DNA of 64,000 bases from Lachnospiraceae bacterium UBA3692 (GTDB lineage Bacteria; Bacillota; Clostridia; Lachnospirales; Lachnospiraceae), in assembly GCA_002372815.1 (NCBI GenBank), contig DFIR01000003.1, positions 9,837 through 73,836 on the forward strand. Direction: 5' to 3'. The notes beneath the pieces are model-generated. The model had not been told where the DNA came from, did not search any database, and worked only from the letters and a program-made list of their open reading frames with translations. Every line of letters starts with the position of its first letter. Within the stretch, counting starts at the first letter, position 1. Positions 53,101 to 62,070 of the stretch are shown piece after piece. A program made the translations under genes and the position numbers.

Positions 53101-53436
53101 ATGACGAATGAGGATATCACGGCGGATATCATCAGCCTGATCCGCCGCTATGCGATCGGCTCCACACTGATCAGCCATGAGGCCCGGATCCGGAAAGCTG
53201 TGACCAGACTTAAGAAGGCACATCCTTTCTCCAAACAGGAACTCAACTGGATCACCAGAATGGAGAAGTACCTGATGGAAGAATCCGTGCTCAACGTTTC
53301 CGTCTTTGATGAGGACGGACGGTTTAAGGCACAGGGCGGTTTCAATAAGATCAATAAAGTATTTCAGAATAAATTGGAGAGCATCGTGCTGGAGCTCAAC
53401 GAGTACCTGTACGATGATGGGGGACACGTAGCATGA
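50122..53436 (+). CDS. hsdR: Type I restriction enzyme R subunit (EcoKI-like)
   Basis: ADYAL...VEAK nuclease, MATGTGKT, IIDEAHRG, LTATP, TGIDVP, QMMGRATR. Confidence 0.96.
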   Translation: MSSNFSFLQDRFPVLANFGELAEKYCYSDSNSSLMKLGMIGETIVNLMFTYDRVPRPYDDTAVVRIDTLLREGLITNDLADVLHALRKIRNRAVHQNYTSTEDAKLFLQMAYSLCEWFMQTYGDYTYQNKPFVMPQPEQEKKAHTEAEKTEEAKKEEKLAEEAEETAQKAKKVDTETRKKQAQKAAGKRVKSEAETRYMIDEQLRKTGWEADTEQLRYSKGTRPEKGRNMAIAEWPTDSVVGNKGYADYALFMGEKLVAMVEAKAEHIDIPSVIDYQCKDYSRLVRSADDQYRIGQWGDYKVPFTFATNGRKYLKQFEQKSGIWFLDLRRPDNAPKALHGWISPTGMAEMLEKDIAAGNKQLEQMPYDLLRDKDGLNLREYQIKAIKAAETAIVNGQQNVLLAMATGTGKTRTILGMIYRFLKTGRFRRILFLVDRNALGEQAEDVFKEVKLEDLMTLDDIYNIKGLEDKTIDKETRIQVATVQSMVKRILYNDEDTMPAVTDYDLVIIDEAHRGYILDREMGDEEALYRDQLDYQSKYRSVVEYFDAVRIALTATPALQTTQIFGQPVFKYTYREAVIEGYLVDHDAPHELKTRLSEGGIHYKKGDTVIIYDPVSGELMNSEALEDELDFDIDKFNRQVITENFNRTVLTEIARDIDPESPEVQGKTLIYAVDDQHADLIVKILKEIYAEYGVDNDAIMKITGSVGGGNRKKVQEAIKRFKNERYPSIVVTVDLLTTGIDVPEITTLVFMRRIRSRILFEQMMGRATRLCPSIHKTHFEIYDPVGVYESLADVNTMKPVVANPSVSFKQLIAELEQMEDAKQIDYQISQIVAKLQRKRRNIDSATMEQFIDLAGGKDPSGVIASLVGDDGRRILKGDIEPMKDDPESRRQRLQAYKKALEYLDHISKPRPVVISTAEDELLSHERGYGNGSRPEDYLDSFAAFIKNNMNQIAALNIVCTRPKELTRESLKNLRLALDREGFTTQQLNTAISQMTNEDITADIISLIRRYAIGSTLISHEARIRKAVTRLKKAHPFSKQELNWITRMEKYLMEESVLNVSVFDEDGRFKAQGGFNKINKVFQNKLESIVLELNEYLYDDGGHVA

Positions 53437-54854
53437 CCACACAGGAAATCGTATCGAAGCTCTGGAATCTCTGCAACGTACTCAGGGATGACGGTATCAC
53501 CTATCATCAGTACGTCACGGAGCTGACATATATCCTCTTTTTGAAGATGGCGAAGGAGACCGGCGCTGAGAGCCAGATCCCGGCAGGCTACCGCTGGGAT
53601 GTGCTGACGTCCAAGAGCGGCATTGAGCTGAAGAAGTATTATAAAGAACTGCTCAGCTATCTGGGCGATAACTGCACGGGGCGTATTCGTGAGATCTATC
53701 AGGGGTCTGCCACGAACATCGACGAGCCTAAAAACCTGGAGAAGATCATCACCACCATCGATGGCCTCGATTGGTTTTCCGCCCGTGAAGAGGGCCTGGG
53801 GAATCTGTACGAAGGCCTTCTGGAGAAGAACGCGAATGAGAAGAAATCCGGCGCCGGCCAGTACTTCACACCCCGCGTTCTAATCGACGTCATGACCCGG
53901 CTGATGAAGCCGCAGCCCGGCGAGAAGTGCAACGATCCTGCCTGTGGTACTTTCGGATTCATGATCGCTGCCCACCAGTACGTGAAGGACCAGACGGATG
54001 ATTTCTTTGACCTGGATACTGACACTGCCAGATTTGAGCGGGAGGAAGCATTCACCGGCTGTGAGCTCGTGCACGACACGCACCGGCTGGCACTTATGAA
54101 CGCCATGCTGCACGATATCGAAGGTCAGATCGTCCTCGGAGATACTCTGTCCAACCAGGGCAAGAGCATGAAGGGATATGATCTGGTCCTCACTAATCCG
54201 CCTTTCGGCACCAAGAAGGGTGGTGAGCGTGCGACTCGTGATGACTTCACTTTCCCCACCAGCAACAAGCAGCTCAACTTTCTGCAGCATATCTACCGGA
54301 GCCTGAAGGCCGACGGAAAGGCCCGTGCTGCGGTAGTTCTTCCTGATAACGTTCTCTTCGCCGATGGTGATGGTGAGCGTATCCGCGTCGACCTGATGGA
54401 CAAGTGCAACCTCCACACCGTGCTGCGTCTGCCCACCGGTATCTTTTATGCCCAGGGTGTCAAGACGAACGTGCTGTTTTTCACTCGTGGAAAGACAGAT
54501 AAGGACAACACGAAGGAAGTCTGGTTCTATGACCTTCGTACCAACATGCCGTCCTTCGGCAAGACCAATCCACTGAAGAAAGAGGACTTTGCCGGATTTG
54601 AGGCTGCATATGAGGCGGAAGACCGCCACAGCGTAACCGACGAGCGGTGGAGTGCCTTCACCAGAGAGCAGATCGCGGAGAAAGGCAACAGCCTGGATCT
54701 CGGTCTCATTCGTGATGATTCCATCGTCGACTATGAGGACCTTCCGGATCCTATTGAAAGCGGAGAGGAAGCAATCGCTCAATTGGAAGAGGCGATTGAC
54801 CTGCTTCAGAGTGTTGTGAATGAGCTGAAGTCGCTCCGGAAGACGGAGGAATAA
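53433..54854 (+). CDS. hsdM: Type I m6A methyltransferase subunit
   Basis: GQYFTPR, DPACGTFGF, TNPPFG, LRLPTGIFY. Confidence 0.97.
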   Translation: MTTQEIVSKLWNLCNVLRDDGITYHQYVTELTYILFLKMAKETGAESQIPAGYRWDVLTSKSGIELKKYYKELLSYLGDNCTGRIREIYQGSATNIDEPKNLEKIITTIDGLDWFSAREEGLGNLYEGLLEKNANEKKSGAGQYFTPRVLIDVMTRLMKPQPGEKCNDPACGTFGFMIAAHQYVKDQTDDFFDLDTDTARFEREEAFTGCELVHDTHRLALMNAMLHDIEGQIVLGDTLSNQGKSMKGYDLVLTNPPFGTKKGGERATRDDFTFPTSNKQLNFLQHIYRSLKADGKARAAVVLPDNVLFADGDGERIRVDLMDKCNLHTVLRLPTGIFYAQGVKTNVLFFTRGKTDKDNTKEVWFYDLRTNMPSFGKTNPLKKEDFAGFEAAYEAEDRHSVTDERWSAFTREQIAEKGNSLDLGLIRDDSIVDYEDLPDPIESGEEAIAQLEEAIDLLQSVVNELKSLRKTEE

Positions 54855-54856
54855 TA

Positions 54857-56242
54857 ATGGCACGTGGGAAGAAGAAAGAAAAAGAATTGAGCCCAGAGGA
54901 AAGGCTGCAGCAGGCACGGGTTCCAGATAGTGAGCAGCCGTATAGGGTGCCGGAGAATTGGTGTTGGTTTTATGGAAAATCTTTCCTGTTACCAATGGAA
55001 ACAAAAAGGCCAACAGGCGAGTTTTTTAAGTACATTGATATAGATTCTATAAACAATAAAAATCAGGTGGTATCAGAACCTAAAATTGTTGAGACTGAAA
55101 AAGCTCCGAGTAGAGCCAGTCGAATGCTTCATCCGGGGGATACGGTCTTTTCGATGGTCAGGCCTTACTTGAAGAATATTGCCTATATTGATGATTCTAT
55201 CGCTGATTCTATTGCATCAACTGGGTTTTATATTTGTACTCCTAGAAAGAATGTGCTTGCAAAATATAACTACTACATGATGATTAGTCCATATGTGGTG
55301 GATGGATTGAATGCTTTTATGAAAGGGGATAATTCACCCTCAATTCGAAAAGAAGACCTGGAGTGGTTTCCTTATCCTATCCCCCCTCTCCCCGAGCAAC
55401 AGCGCATAGTAGATCGTATAGAAAGCCTGTTTGCCAAATTGGATGAGGCGAAGGAAAAAGCACAGGCGGTTGTGGATAGGTTTGAAGGAATAAAGCAATC
55501 TTTTCTTTATCAGTCATTTTCCGGAAATATAACTAAGAAATGGAGAAAAAAAAATAGAATAAAAAAAGATCAAACTTGGGAATTAAAAAATCTTCAGTCT
55601 GTCTGCAGCATGAAGATTACTGATGGAACACATAAGACGCCAACCTATTGTGAAGCTGAAATTGGTATTCCGTTTATTTCGGCAAAGGATGTTACTTCTG
55701 GAGTAATCTGTTGGGACAATATTAAGTATATTATTCCAGAATTGCATGATGAACTATATGAAAGACTAGCTCCGCAAGTTGATGACGTACTCCTTGCAAA
55801 AAACGGAACTACAGGAGTGGCAGCTATCGTTGAAGAAGAAAAGATTTTTGATTTATATGTTACACTTGCGGTGTTGCGTCCTAATAAAGACATTATTGAG
55901 CCTCGATATTTGCTAAACGTGGTAAATAGCCCTATATGTAAACGACAGTTTGACGATCATTTGACAGGTATCGGTGTGCCAAATCTTCATTTGCGCGATA
56001 TTAAAGAAGTATTGATTCCATTACCATCTCTGGAAGAACAGAAGGAGATAGTTCGTGTTGTTGACTCTATGTCTAAAAAGTGGAGTGAAACGCAAACAGC
56101 AGCCGAAATGGTTCTTGGTCAAATCAACACCATGAAGAAATCCGTTCTCGCACGTGCCTTCCGTGGAAAGCTGGGGACTAATGATCCTACCGATGAGAGC
56201 GCGGAAGAGATGCTGAAGAGTTTACTTAACGATGTGGGGTGA
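54857..56242 (+). CDS. hsdS: Type I specificity subunit S (copy 1)
   Basis: PYRVPENWCW, PPLPEQQRIV, PSLEEQKEIV, KKSVLARAFRGKL; two TRDs. Confidence 0.95.
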   Translation: MARGKKKEKELSPEERLQQARVPDSEQPYRVPENWCWFYGKSFLLPMETKRPTGEFFKYIDIDSINNKNQVVSEPKIVETEKAPSRASRMLHPGDTVFSMVRPYLKNIAYIDDSIADSIASTGFYICTPRKNVLAKYNYYMMISPYVVDGLNAFMKGDNSPSIRKEDLEWFPYPIPPLPEQQRIVDRIESLFAKLDEAKEKAQAVVDRFEGIKQSFLYQSFSGNITKKWRKKNRIKKDQTWELKNLQSVCSMKITDGTHKTPTYCEAEIGIPFISAKDVTSGVICWDNIKYIIPELHDELYERLAPQVDDVLLAKNGTTGVAAIVEEEKIFDLYVTLAVLRPNKDIIEPRYLLNVVNSPICKRQFDDHLTGIGVPNLHLRDIKEVLIPLPSLEEQKEIVRVVDSMSKKWSETQTAAEMVLGQINTMKKSVLARAFRGKLGTNDPTDESAEEMLKSLLNDVG

Positions 56243-56296
56243 GTAGCATTTGCTCATAATAGTTGATGTAATATCCTTCCTGGATTGGTAATGAAC

Positions 56297-57685
56297 ATGG
56301 CGAAAAAGAGTAAACAGACAAAGAGTCTTTCATCAGAAGAGAAGCTAGCACAGGCGCTGGTACCAGAAAGCGAGCAACCGTATAAGGTGCCGGAGAATTG
56401 GTGTTGGGTGGAATTGTCAATATTAGTAGACTTATTCAATGGGGACAGAGGAACCAACTATCCATCAAAGAAGGATTATGTTAATGCCGGTATACCATTT
56501 ATTAATGCGGGAGCAATTCAGGGGGGAAGACTTGATCCTTCTGAATTCAATTATATTACTCGAGAGAAGTTTGATTTGCTGAGATCTGGAAAGATTCTTA
56601 AAAATGATATCCTATATTGTTTACGAGGATCACTAGGAAAGACAGCAATTGTTGATTTTACGGAGGAAGGAGCAATTTCATCCTCCCTCTGTATACTAAG
56701 AGTAGGCCAAGGAATATTGGTAAAGTATTTATATTATTTGATGAATTCTGAAGTTATTGAGAGGCAGCAAGATCAAGCTGAAAATGGATCCGCTCAACCC
56801 AATCTATCAGCAGCAAGTGTACTGCTATATAAAACGCCGCTCCCGCCCCTCCCCGAGCAGCGGCGCATCGTCGATCGTATTGAAAGCCTGTTTGCCAAAT
56901 TGGATGAGGCGAAAGAAAAAGCACAGGCGGTTGTGGATGGATTCGAAGACAGGAAGGCAGCGATCCTGCATAAGGCGTTTACGGGGGAACTGACGGAGGA
57001 GTGGAGGAAGGAGCATGGACTCGATATGAACTCGTGGGTTTCCACCACATCCTCAAGTTTGTTTGAGTATGTTACAAGTGGCTCACGTGGATGGGCTAAG
57101 TACTATAACGATGAAGGAGCAGTATTTATCCGTATGGGTAATCTCGACCATGGAACCATTGAGCTTGATCTGACCGATATCCAATACGTGAGATTACCTG
57201 ATAAAACAGAAGGCCAACGTAGCTTGATCAGAAAAGGAGATATACTAATCTCTATTACTGCAGATGTTGGCATGGTTGGGTTAGTTCGTGATATTGATTT
57301 TGAAGGGTATATTAACCAGCATGTAGCACTTGCGAGACCTGTGCATAAAGAAAGCGCAGAGTTTATCGCTTGGTATCTTGTTTCGGATAAAGGTCTTACC
57401 CAATTTCAAAAAAGGCAAAGGGGTGCTACAAAAGTAGGCTTGGGCTTAGATGATATTCGTAATCTATCTCTTAGCATTCCATACAAAAATGAACAGAACG
57501 AAATCTTACGTATTCTTAAACAATTAATCAGTGAAGAGACCATTGCTAAGGATATTGCTGAACAGGTCATTATTGAGGTGGACACTATGAAGAAGTCCAT
57601 TCTCGCTCGAGCCTTCCGTGGCGAGCTGGGAACAAACGATCCTGCTGATGAGAGTGCGGAAGAACTATTGAAGCGAATACTGTAG
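56297..57685 (+). CDS. hsdS: Type I specificity subunit S (copy 2)
   Basis: PYKVPENWCW, PPLPEQRRIV, KKSILARAFRGEL; two TRDs different from copy 1. Confidence 0.95.
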   Translation: MAKKSKQTKSLSSEEKLAQALVPESEQPYKVPENWCWVELSILVDLFNGDRGTNYPSKKDYVNAGIPFINAGAIQGGRLDPSEFNYITREKFDLLRSGKILKNDILYCLRGSLGKTAIVDFTEEGAISSSLCILRVGQGILVKYLYYLMNSEVIERQQDQAENGSAQPNLSAASVLLYKTPLPPLPEQRRIVDRIESLFAKLDEAKEKAQAVVDGFEDRKAAILHKAFTGELTEEWRKEHGLDMNSWVSTTSSSLFEYVTSGSRGWAKYYNDEGAVFIRMGNLDHGTIELDLTDIQYVRLPDKTEGQRSLIRKGDILISITADVGMVGLVRDIDFEGYINQHVALARPVHKESAEFIAWYLVSDKGLTQFQKRQRGATKVGLGLDDIRNLSLSIPYKNEQNEILRILKQLISEETIAKDIAEQVIIEVDTMKKSILARAFRGELGTNDPADESAEELLKRIL

Positions 57686-57791
57686 TATAGAGAGAAATGA
57701 AGAAAAGAAGCAAAATACAGATTCCTTTTCTGATGGGCTTTGAGCGAACGATAACTGTAAAGGACATAATAGCATCTACAAGGAGGCAAAA

Positions 57792-58502
57792 ATGGCAGAG
57801 AGCATCAAGTATGAAATCATCCAAACAATAGGTGTTTTGTCCCAAAGGGCCAGTGGATGGTCAAAAGAGCTTAACCTTATTTCATGGAACGACGGAAGGC
57901 CCAAGTATGACATTCGTGATTGGAGCCCGGATCATAAGAAGATGAGGGAGGGCGTATCATTAACAAAAAAGGAGCTTGCTGCCCTGGCTGAGCTAATTCA
58001 AAAAAAGCCGCGGCGTGCAGCAAAGAAAGCAACCGAAAAGCCTTTATCCGTTAAGAAAGAAGAGCGCCCTGAAACAACAGTCGTCACAATGAAAGCGTTA
58101 TCCATTCACGCTCCCTATGCTATGGCTATCGTAACTGGAGAAAAAACGGTCGAATGCCGTAGCTGGAAGACCGACTATAGGGGCGATATTCTGATCTGCA
58201 GTTCGTCAAAGAAATACAAAGGAACAATCCCCGGTCATGCTCTTGGCGTGGTGACGCTTAAAGATATTGTTCCGTTTCAGGCACAGCATCTTAGGGGGGC
58301 TATGATGGATGACTATTATCCAGATGACTATGCTTGGATACTGACTAATCCCAGACTGATCAAACCGTTCCCTGTAAAAGGGAAGCTACATCTGTGGCCG
58401 TGTGAGCATGCAATCGAGTTTCTTCCTGTGCCAAAGAATGAACAGGAAGATGAGGAACTTGGAAGGATCTACTGGGATCCGATTATATATAACGGGAGAT
58501 GA
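57792..58502 (+). CDS. YdbC/PC4 ssDNA-binding domain fused to an ASCH domain
   Basis: KELNLISWN...KYDIRDWSPDH.KM..G (YdbC); MKALSI..PYA..I..GEKTVECRSW.TDYRG (ASCH). Confidence 0.85.
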   Translation: MAESIKYEIIQTIGVLSQRASGWSKELNLISWNDGRPKYDIRDWSPDHKKMREGVSLTKKELAALAELIQKKPRRAAKKATEKPLSVKKEERPETTVVTMKALSIHAPYAMAIVTGEKTVECRSWKTDYRGDILICSSSKKYKGTIPGHALGVVTLKDIVPFQAQHLRGAMMDDYYPDDYAWILTNPRLIKPFPVKGKLHLWPCEHAIEFLPVPKNEQEDEELGRIYWDPIIYNGR

Positions 58503-58503
58503 C

Positions 58504-58686
58504 GTGAAAGATAATAGTTTAACTGCATGGTCCGCTCTCACATATGAGGAGAAAAACCGTGTCCTCTTCCAGCAGCAGAAGAAAACGCTCGATCTGTTCC
58601 TGGAGCGGAGAGCCATTTCACAGGAGCAGCATGATAAGAGCCTGCATGACCTGACGGAAAAGATTGTACGGAGAACGAAAAGGTGA
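58504..58686 (+). CDS. Small hypothetical protein (SHOCT-like helical)
   Basis: GTG start after GGGAG; QKKTLDLFLERRAISQEQHDKSLHDL; a second copy at 60830 differs mostly at synonymous sites. Confidence 0.65.
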   Translation: MKDNSLTAWSALTYEEKNRVLFQQQKKTLDLFLERRAISQEQHDKSLHDLTEKIVRRTKR

Positions 58687-58692
58687 GAAAGG

Positions 58693-60714
58693 ATGAAAAA
58701 TGTTAAAATCGCTATAGCTCTGATCCTTTTAGTTCTGCTTTGCGCATGCTCTTCTACACCTGACCAGATTACTAAGTACTTGGACCTCGGAGAGAAATAC
58801 CTGGTCGAGATGAACTATGAAGAAGCCCTGGTAGCTTTTGAAAAAGTAATCGAATTGGATCCGAAGAATTTTGAGGCTTACGAAGGTGTTGCGAGTGTAT
58901 ACGAGGGATGGAATGATTTTGCCAAAGCGGCAGAGACGCTGAAGGAAGGAATGGGAGCCTCTCTAGGAACGAACGCCCCATCACAGGAGCAAAGGCAGAA
59001 GCTGCTCTCGTGGTATGACAGACTTGCCCGGGAAGCTCTTGAAAATGGAGACGAGGATGCTGCCATGAGCTGCTATTCCCTGGTCCTGGAACTTGATCCC
59101 GGCAACCCAGGAGCGTCTGAAAAAATCGAAGAATATCAGCGAAGAAAAAATGAAGAAACCGGCGTAGCTAAAGAGACGGACTCTTCTGCTCCGGCGAATA
59201 TTCTCTCATTAGGGGGAGGACACACTGCAGTAGTTAAGTCAGATAAAAGCTTGTGGACGTGGGGATCGAATGACTATGGCCAACTGGGGGATGGAACTAC
59301 TGAAGATCATCTTTACCCTATAAAGACGTTAAATGATGTACAGGCCGTATCATTGGGTACATATCACAGCGCAGTCATAAAAACAGACGGCAGCCTTTGG
59401 ATGTGGGGTGTCAATTATGACGGCCAACTGGGGGACGGGACCATTGACTATCAACTGAACCCTATTAAAATCCTTGATGATGTTCAATCTGTATCATTGG
59501 GCGCATGGCATAGTGCCGCCATCAAAACAGACGGCAGTCTTTGGATGTGGGGATCAAATTCTGACGGTCAACTGGGGGATGGAACAAATGAAAGTAGGTT
59601 CACCCCTACTAAAATCATGGATGATGTCCAAGCCGTATCATTAGGCCCATATTACAGTGCCGCTATCAAAACAGACGGCAGCCTGTGGATGTGGGGATCA
59701 AATTATCATAGTGAATTGGGTAATAATTCAAAACAAAGTTTGAATGAACCTGTAAAAATCCTGGATAATGTTCGATCCGTTTCATTGGGTGATGCTCACA
59801 CTGCTGCAATAAAGAAGGATGGAAGCCTGTGGATGTGGGGAAATAATGAAAGTGGCCAGCTTGGCAATGGAACAGACGAGTTACAAGCGGAACCTGTAAA
59901 GATCCTGGATGATGTTCGATCCGTTTCATTAGGTAGTTCTCACAGTGCTGCATTAAAGAAGGATGGGAGTCTTTGGATATGGGGAGAAAATTTTTATGGT
60001 GAACAAGGTTATACTACGTCATCTGAATACGTTGACACTCCGGTAAAGCTTCTCGATGATGTCCAAGCCGTATCATTAGGCCCATATTACAGTGCCGCTA
60101 TCAAAACAGACGGCAGCCTGTGGATGTGGGGTGAAAACTATTATGGTCAACTTGGAATCGGTACGACTACTGATCAATGGGAGCCGAAGTATATTTTGAA
60201 CATAGACAGCGAAAAGGAACCGGATGTTCTTAAAGATATAACAGGGCATTCGTTAATTTATGCGGGCGGATCAGGTGCTTGGAATACAACTGTTACATTC
60301 GAAGAAGACGGATTATTTACCGGACGTTATTACGATTGGTCTGATGGAGAAGGAAAGCGCGGTGATGGTTATCCAAATGGTACAGAGGAGTTATGTGAGT
60401 TCAGCGGCCGCTTTATAATAGATGAAAAAGTGGATGACTACACTTATGTTATGAAGCTCGATTATTTAAATATTGATGGGCCTAAGGAAGAACGCTTTGA
60501 AGATGGCCTTAGAATAATCCCTAGTTCTCCTTACGGGATCGAAGAGAGCAAAACATTTATTCTATTTCTGCCGGGGTGTTTAGTGGATAATCTACCCCAG
60601 AGTTATGTGGATTGGGTTGGAGTACCTTTAGGATGGTATGATCCTCCGGAAACATTGCCATTTTACGGGCTATACAACGTTGAAATCGAGAGGGGGTTCT
60701 GGTCTACGAATTAA
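58693..60714 (+). CDS. Lipoprotein with TPR and RCC1/BLIP-II repeats plus a C-terminal domain
   Basis: Lipobox LLCAC; TPR YEEALVAFEKVIELDP; seven HSAAIKTDGSLWMWGxNxxGQLG repeats. Confidence 0.9.
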   Translation: MKNVKIAIALILLVLLCACSSTPDQITKYLDLGEKYLVEMNYEEALVAFEKVIELDPKNFEAYEGVASVYEGWNDFAKAAETLKEGMGASLGTNAPSQEQRQKLLSWYDRLAREALENGDEDAAMSCYSLVLELDPGNPGASEKIEEYQRRKNEETGVAKETDSSAPANILSLGGGHTAVVKSDKSLWTWGSNDYGQLGDGTTEDHLYPIKTLNDVQAVSLGTYHSAVIKTDGSLWMWGVNYDGQLGDGTIDYQLNPIKILDDVQSVSLGAWHSAAIKTDGSLWMWGSNSDGQLGDGTNESRFTPTKIMDDVQAVSLGPYYSAAIKTDGSLWMWGSNYHSELGNNSKQSLNEPVKILDNVRSVSLGDAHTAAIKKDGSLWMWGNNESGQLGNGTDELQAEPVKILDDVRSVSLGSSHSAALKKDGSLWIWGENFYGEQGYTTSSEYVDTPVKLLDDVQAVSLGPYYSAAIKTDGSLWMWGENYYGQLGIGTTTDQWEPKYILNIDSEKEPDVLKDITGHSLIYAGGSGAWNTTVTFEEDGLFTGRYYDWSDGEGKRGDGYPNGTEELCEFSGRFIIDEKVDDYTYVMKLDYLNIDGPKEERFEDGLRIIPSSPYGIEESKTFILFLPGCLVDNLPQSYVDWVGVPLGWYDPPETLPFYGLYNVEIERGFWSTN

Positions 60715-60829
60715 AATAATTAAACCATCGTAATGAATTACTATAGACAGGTATAGGTTATATCCTCTAGAGGTAATTCCATAGGAGTTACTCTAGTGGT
60801 GAGAAGAGCGGTACTATGCTACTTCAACC

Positions 60830-60916
60830 GATTTGTTCTTGGAGAGAAGAGCCATCTCACAGGAGCAACATGACAAGAGTCTGCATGACCTCATCGAAAA
60901 GATGGCAATAGAATAG
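60830..60916 (+). pseudogene. 5'-truncated second copy of the 58504 small gene
   Basis: Encodes DLFLERRAISQEQHDKSLHDLIEKMAIE*; in-frame stop at 60800 and no convincing start. Confidence 0.7.
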
Positions 60917-60964
60917 TACATATTAACGACATCCCATTACAACATACAGAGGAACGCTGAAGTC

Positions 60965-62038
60965 ATGAAAAACCAATATGTCTGTGATATAGGAGATTAT
61001 GGAAAATATGGTCTGCTGCGTTTCCTTGCGCAGCACGGGTTCCGGATCGGCGTTAACTGGTATCTGACTGATAATGACGGTTCCTCTGACGGAAATAAAA
61101 CGGCGTATCTGGAGAAGGACTCCGAAAGAAACTATGATCCGGTTGTCTACGATAGCTTAAGGGCAATTGCAGAACGCTCCGGACAAATGGATCGAACGGT
61201 TCAAATGATACAGGAAGCGGGATTAATTCCGAATGCCATATTTTTCGATAAGCCGCTGAATACTGATCAGACAAGCCCGATGAAGAGAGCCTGGAATCGT
61301 CGGTCATGGTTTGAATACAGCAAGAGATCTTTCCGCACTGTTGATCTAGTGTTCGCAGATCCAGATAACGGAATCACATACAAAAAGTCATCACGGAACA
61401 AAAGCAGTGAAAAGTATGTTCTTCCGGAAGAAGTCGCCCAGTACTACTACGGTGGAAAAGATGTAGTCTTTTATTGTCACCGGGGGAGAAGAGCCAAAGA
61501 CGAATGGGAACAGACCAAGGCCCAGATCAAAGAGCATGTTTGCGACGCGGATCTTTTTGTACTCACCTTTCATAGAGGAGTCCAGCGCTCATATATCTTT
61601 GTAGTGCACCCGGAACATGCTGAGCGGTACGAGTCAATGCTGACGGAGTTTATTGCTGATACCTCCTGGGGGAAGGACGGTGCGTTTACTCGAGAGGATG
61701 TGATAGAGTACCACACAACGTCTACACCGGATATTTGTAGGAGATGGGCGATCCTGAACTATTTTCAGAAAGCGTATCCGTCAAAGGCGGAGAAAGAGAA
61801 GATCCTAAGGAAGATGACAAACGCGCAGATCGATGAGCTGATTGACGCGTGCTCCAACGTCCAAGGTAAGATTTTCTACAGTTCATTTAAAAAAAGGCAT
61901 TCAGGCTTTGAGGCGCCGACAATCGGAACCGTCTTACCAAAGGGAACAACATTCGTGAAGAATGCGGATGGAAGGATTAGTGTAGTCCTTCCGGCGAGCA
62001 AGGATGAAATTGAAACGACAAAGAACGAAAGACGTTAA
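60965..62038 (+). CDS. Hypothetical protein, possible SAM-dependent (RlmJ/TcmP-like) methyltransferase fold
   Basis: MKNQYVCDIGDYGKYGLLR and DLVFADPDNG motifs; extra C-terminal helical domain. Confidence 0.6.
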   Translation: MKNQYVCDIGDYGKYGLLRFLAQHGFRIGVNWYLTDNDGSSDGNKTAYLEKDSERNYDPVVYDSLRAIAERSGQMDRTVQMIQEAGLIPNAIFFDKPLNTDQTSPMKRAWNRRSWFEYSKRSFRTVDLVFADPDNGITYKKSSRNKSSEKYVLPEEVAQYYYGGKDVVFYCHRGRRAKDEWEQTKAQIKEHVCDADLFVLTFHRGVQRSYIFVVHPEHAERYESMLTEFIADTSWGKDGAFTREDVIEYHTTSTPDICRRWAILNYFQKAYPSKAEKEKILRKMTNAQIDELIDACSNVQGKIFYSSFKKRHSGFEAPTIGTVLPKGTTFVKNADGRISVVLPASKDEIETTKNERR

Positions 62039-62070
62039 CAGCTAGGGCTCCGAATGCCTATTATAAAAAT

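Noticed and set aside
54857-57685. Invertible hsdS shufflon
   Set aside because: Both genes are co-oriented with direct, not inverted, repeats, and there is no adjacent recombinase
59200-60200. Diversity-generating retroelement TR/VR pair among the RCC1 repeats
   Set aside because: No reverse transcriptase is present and differences between repeats are not confined to adenines
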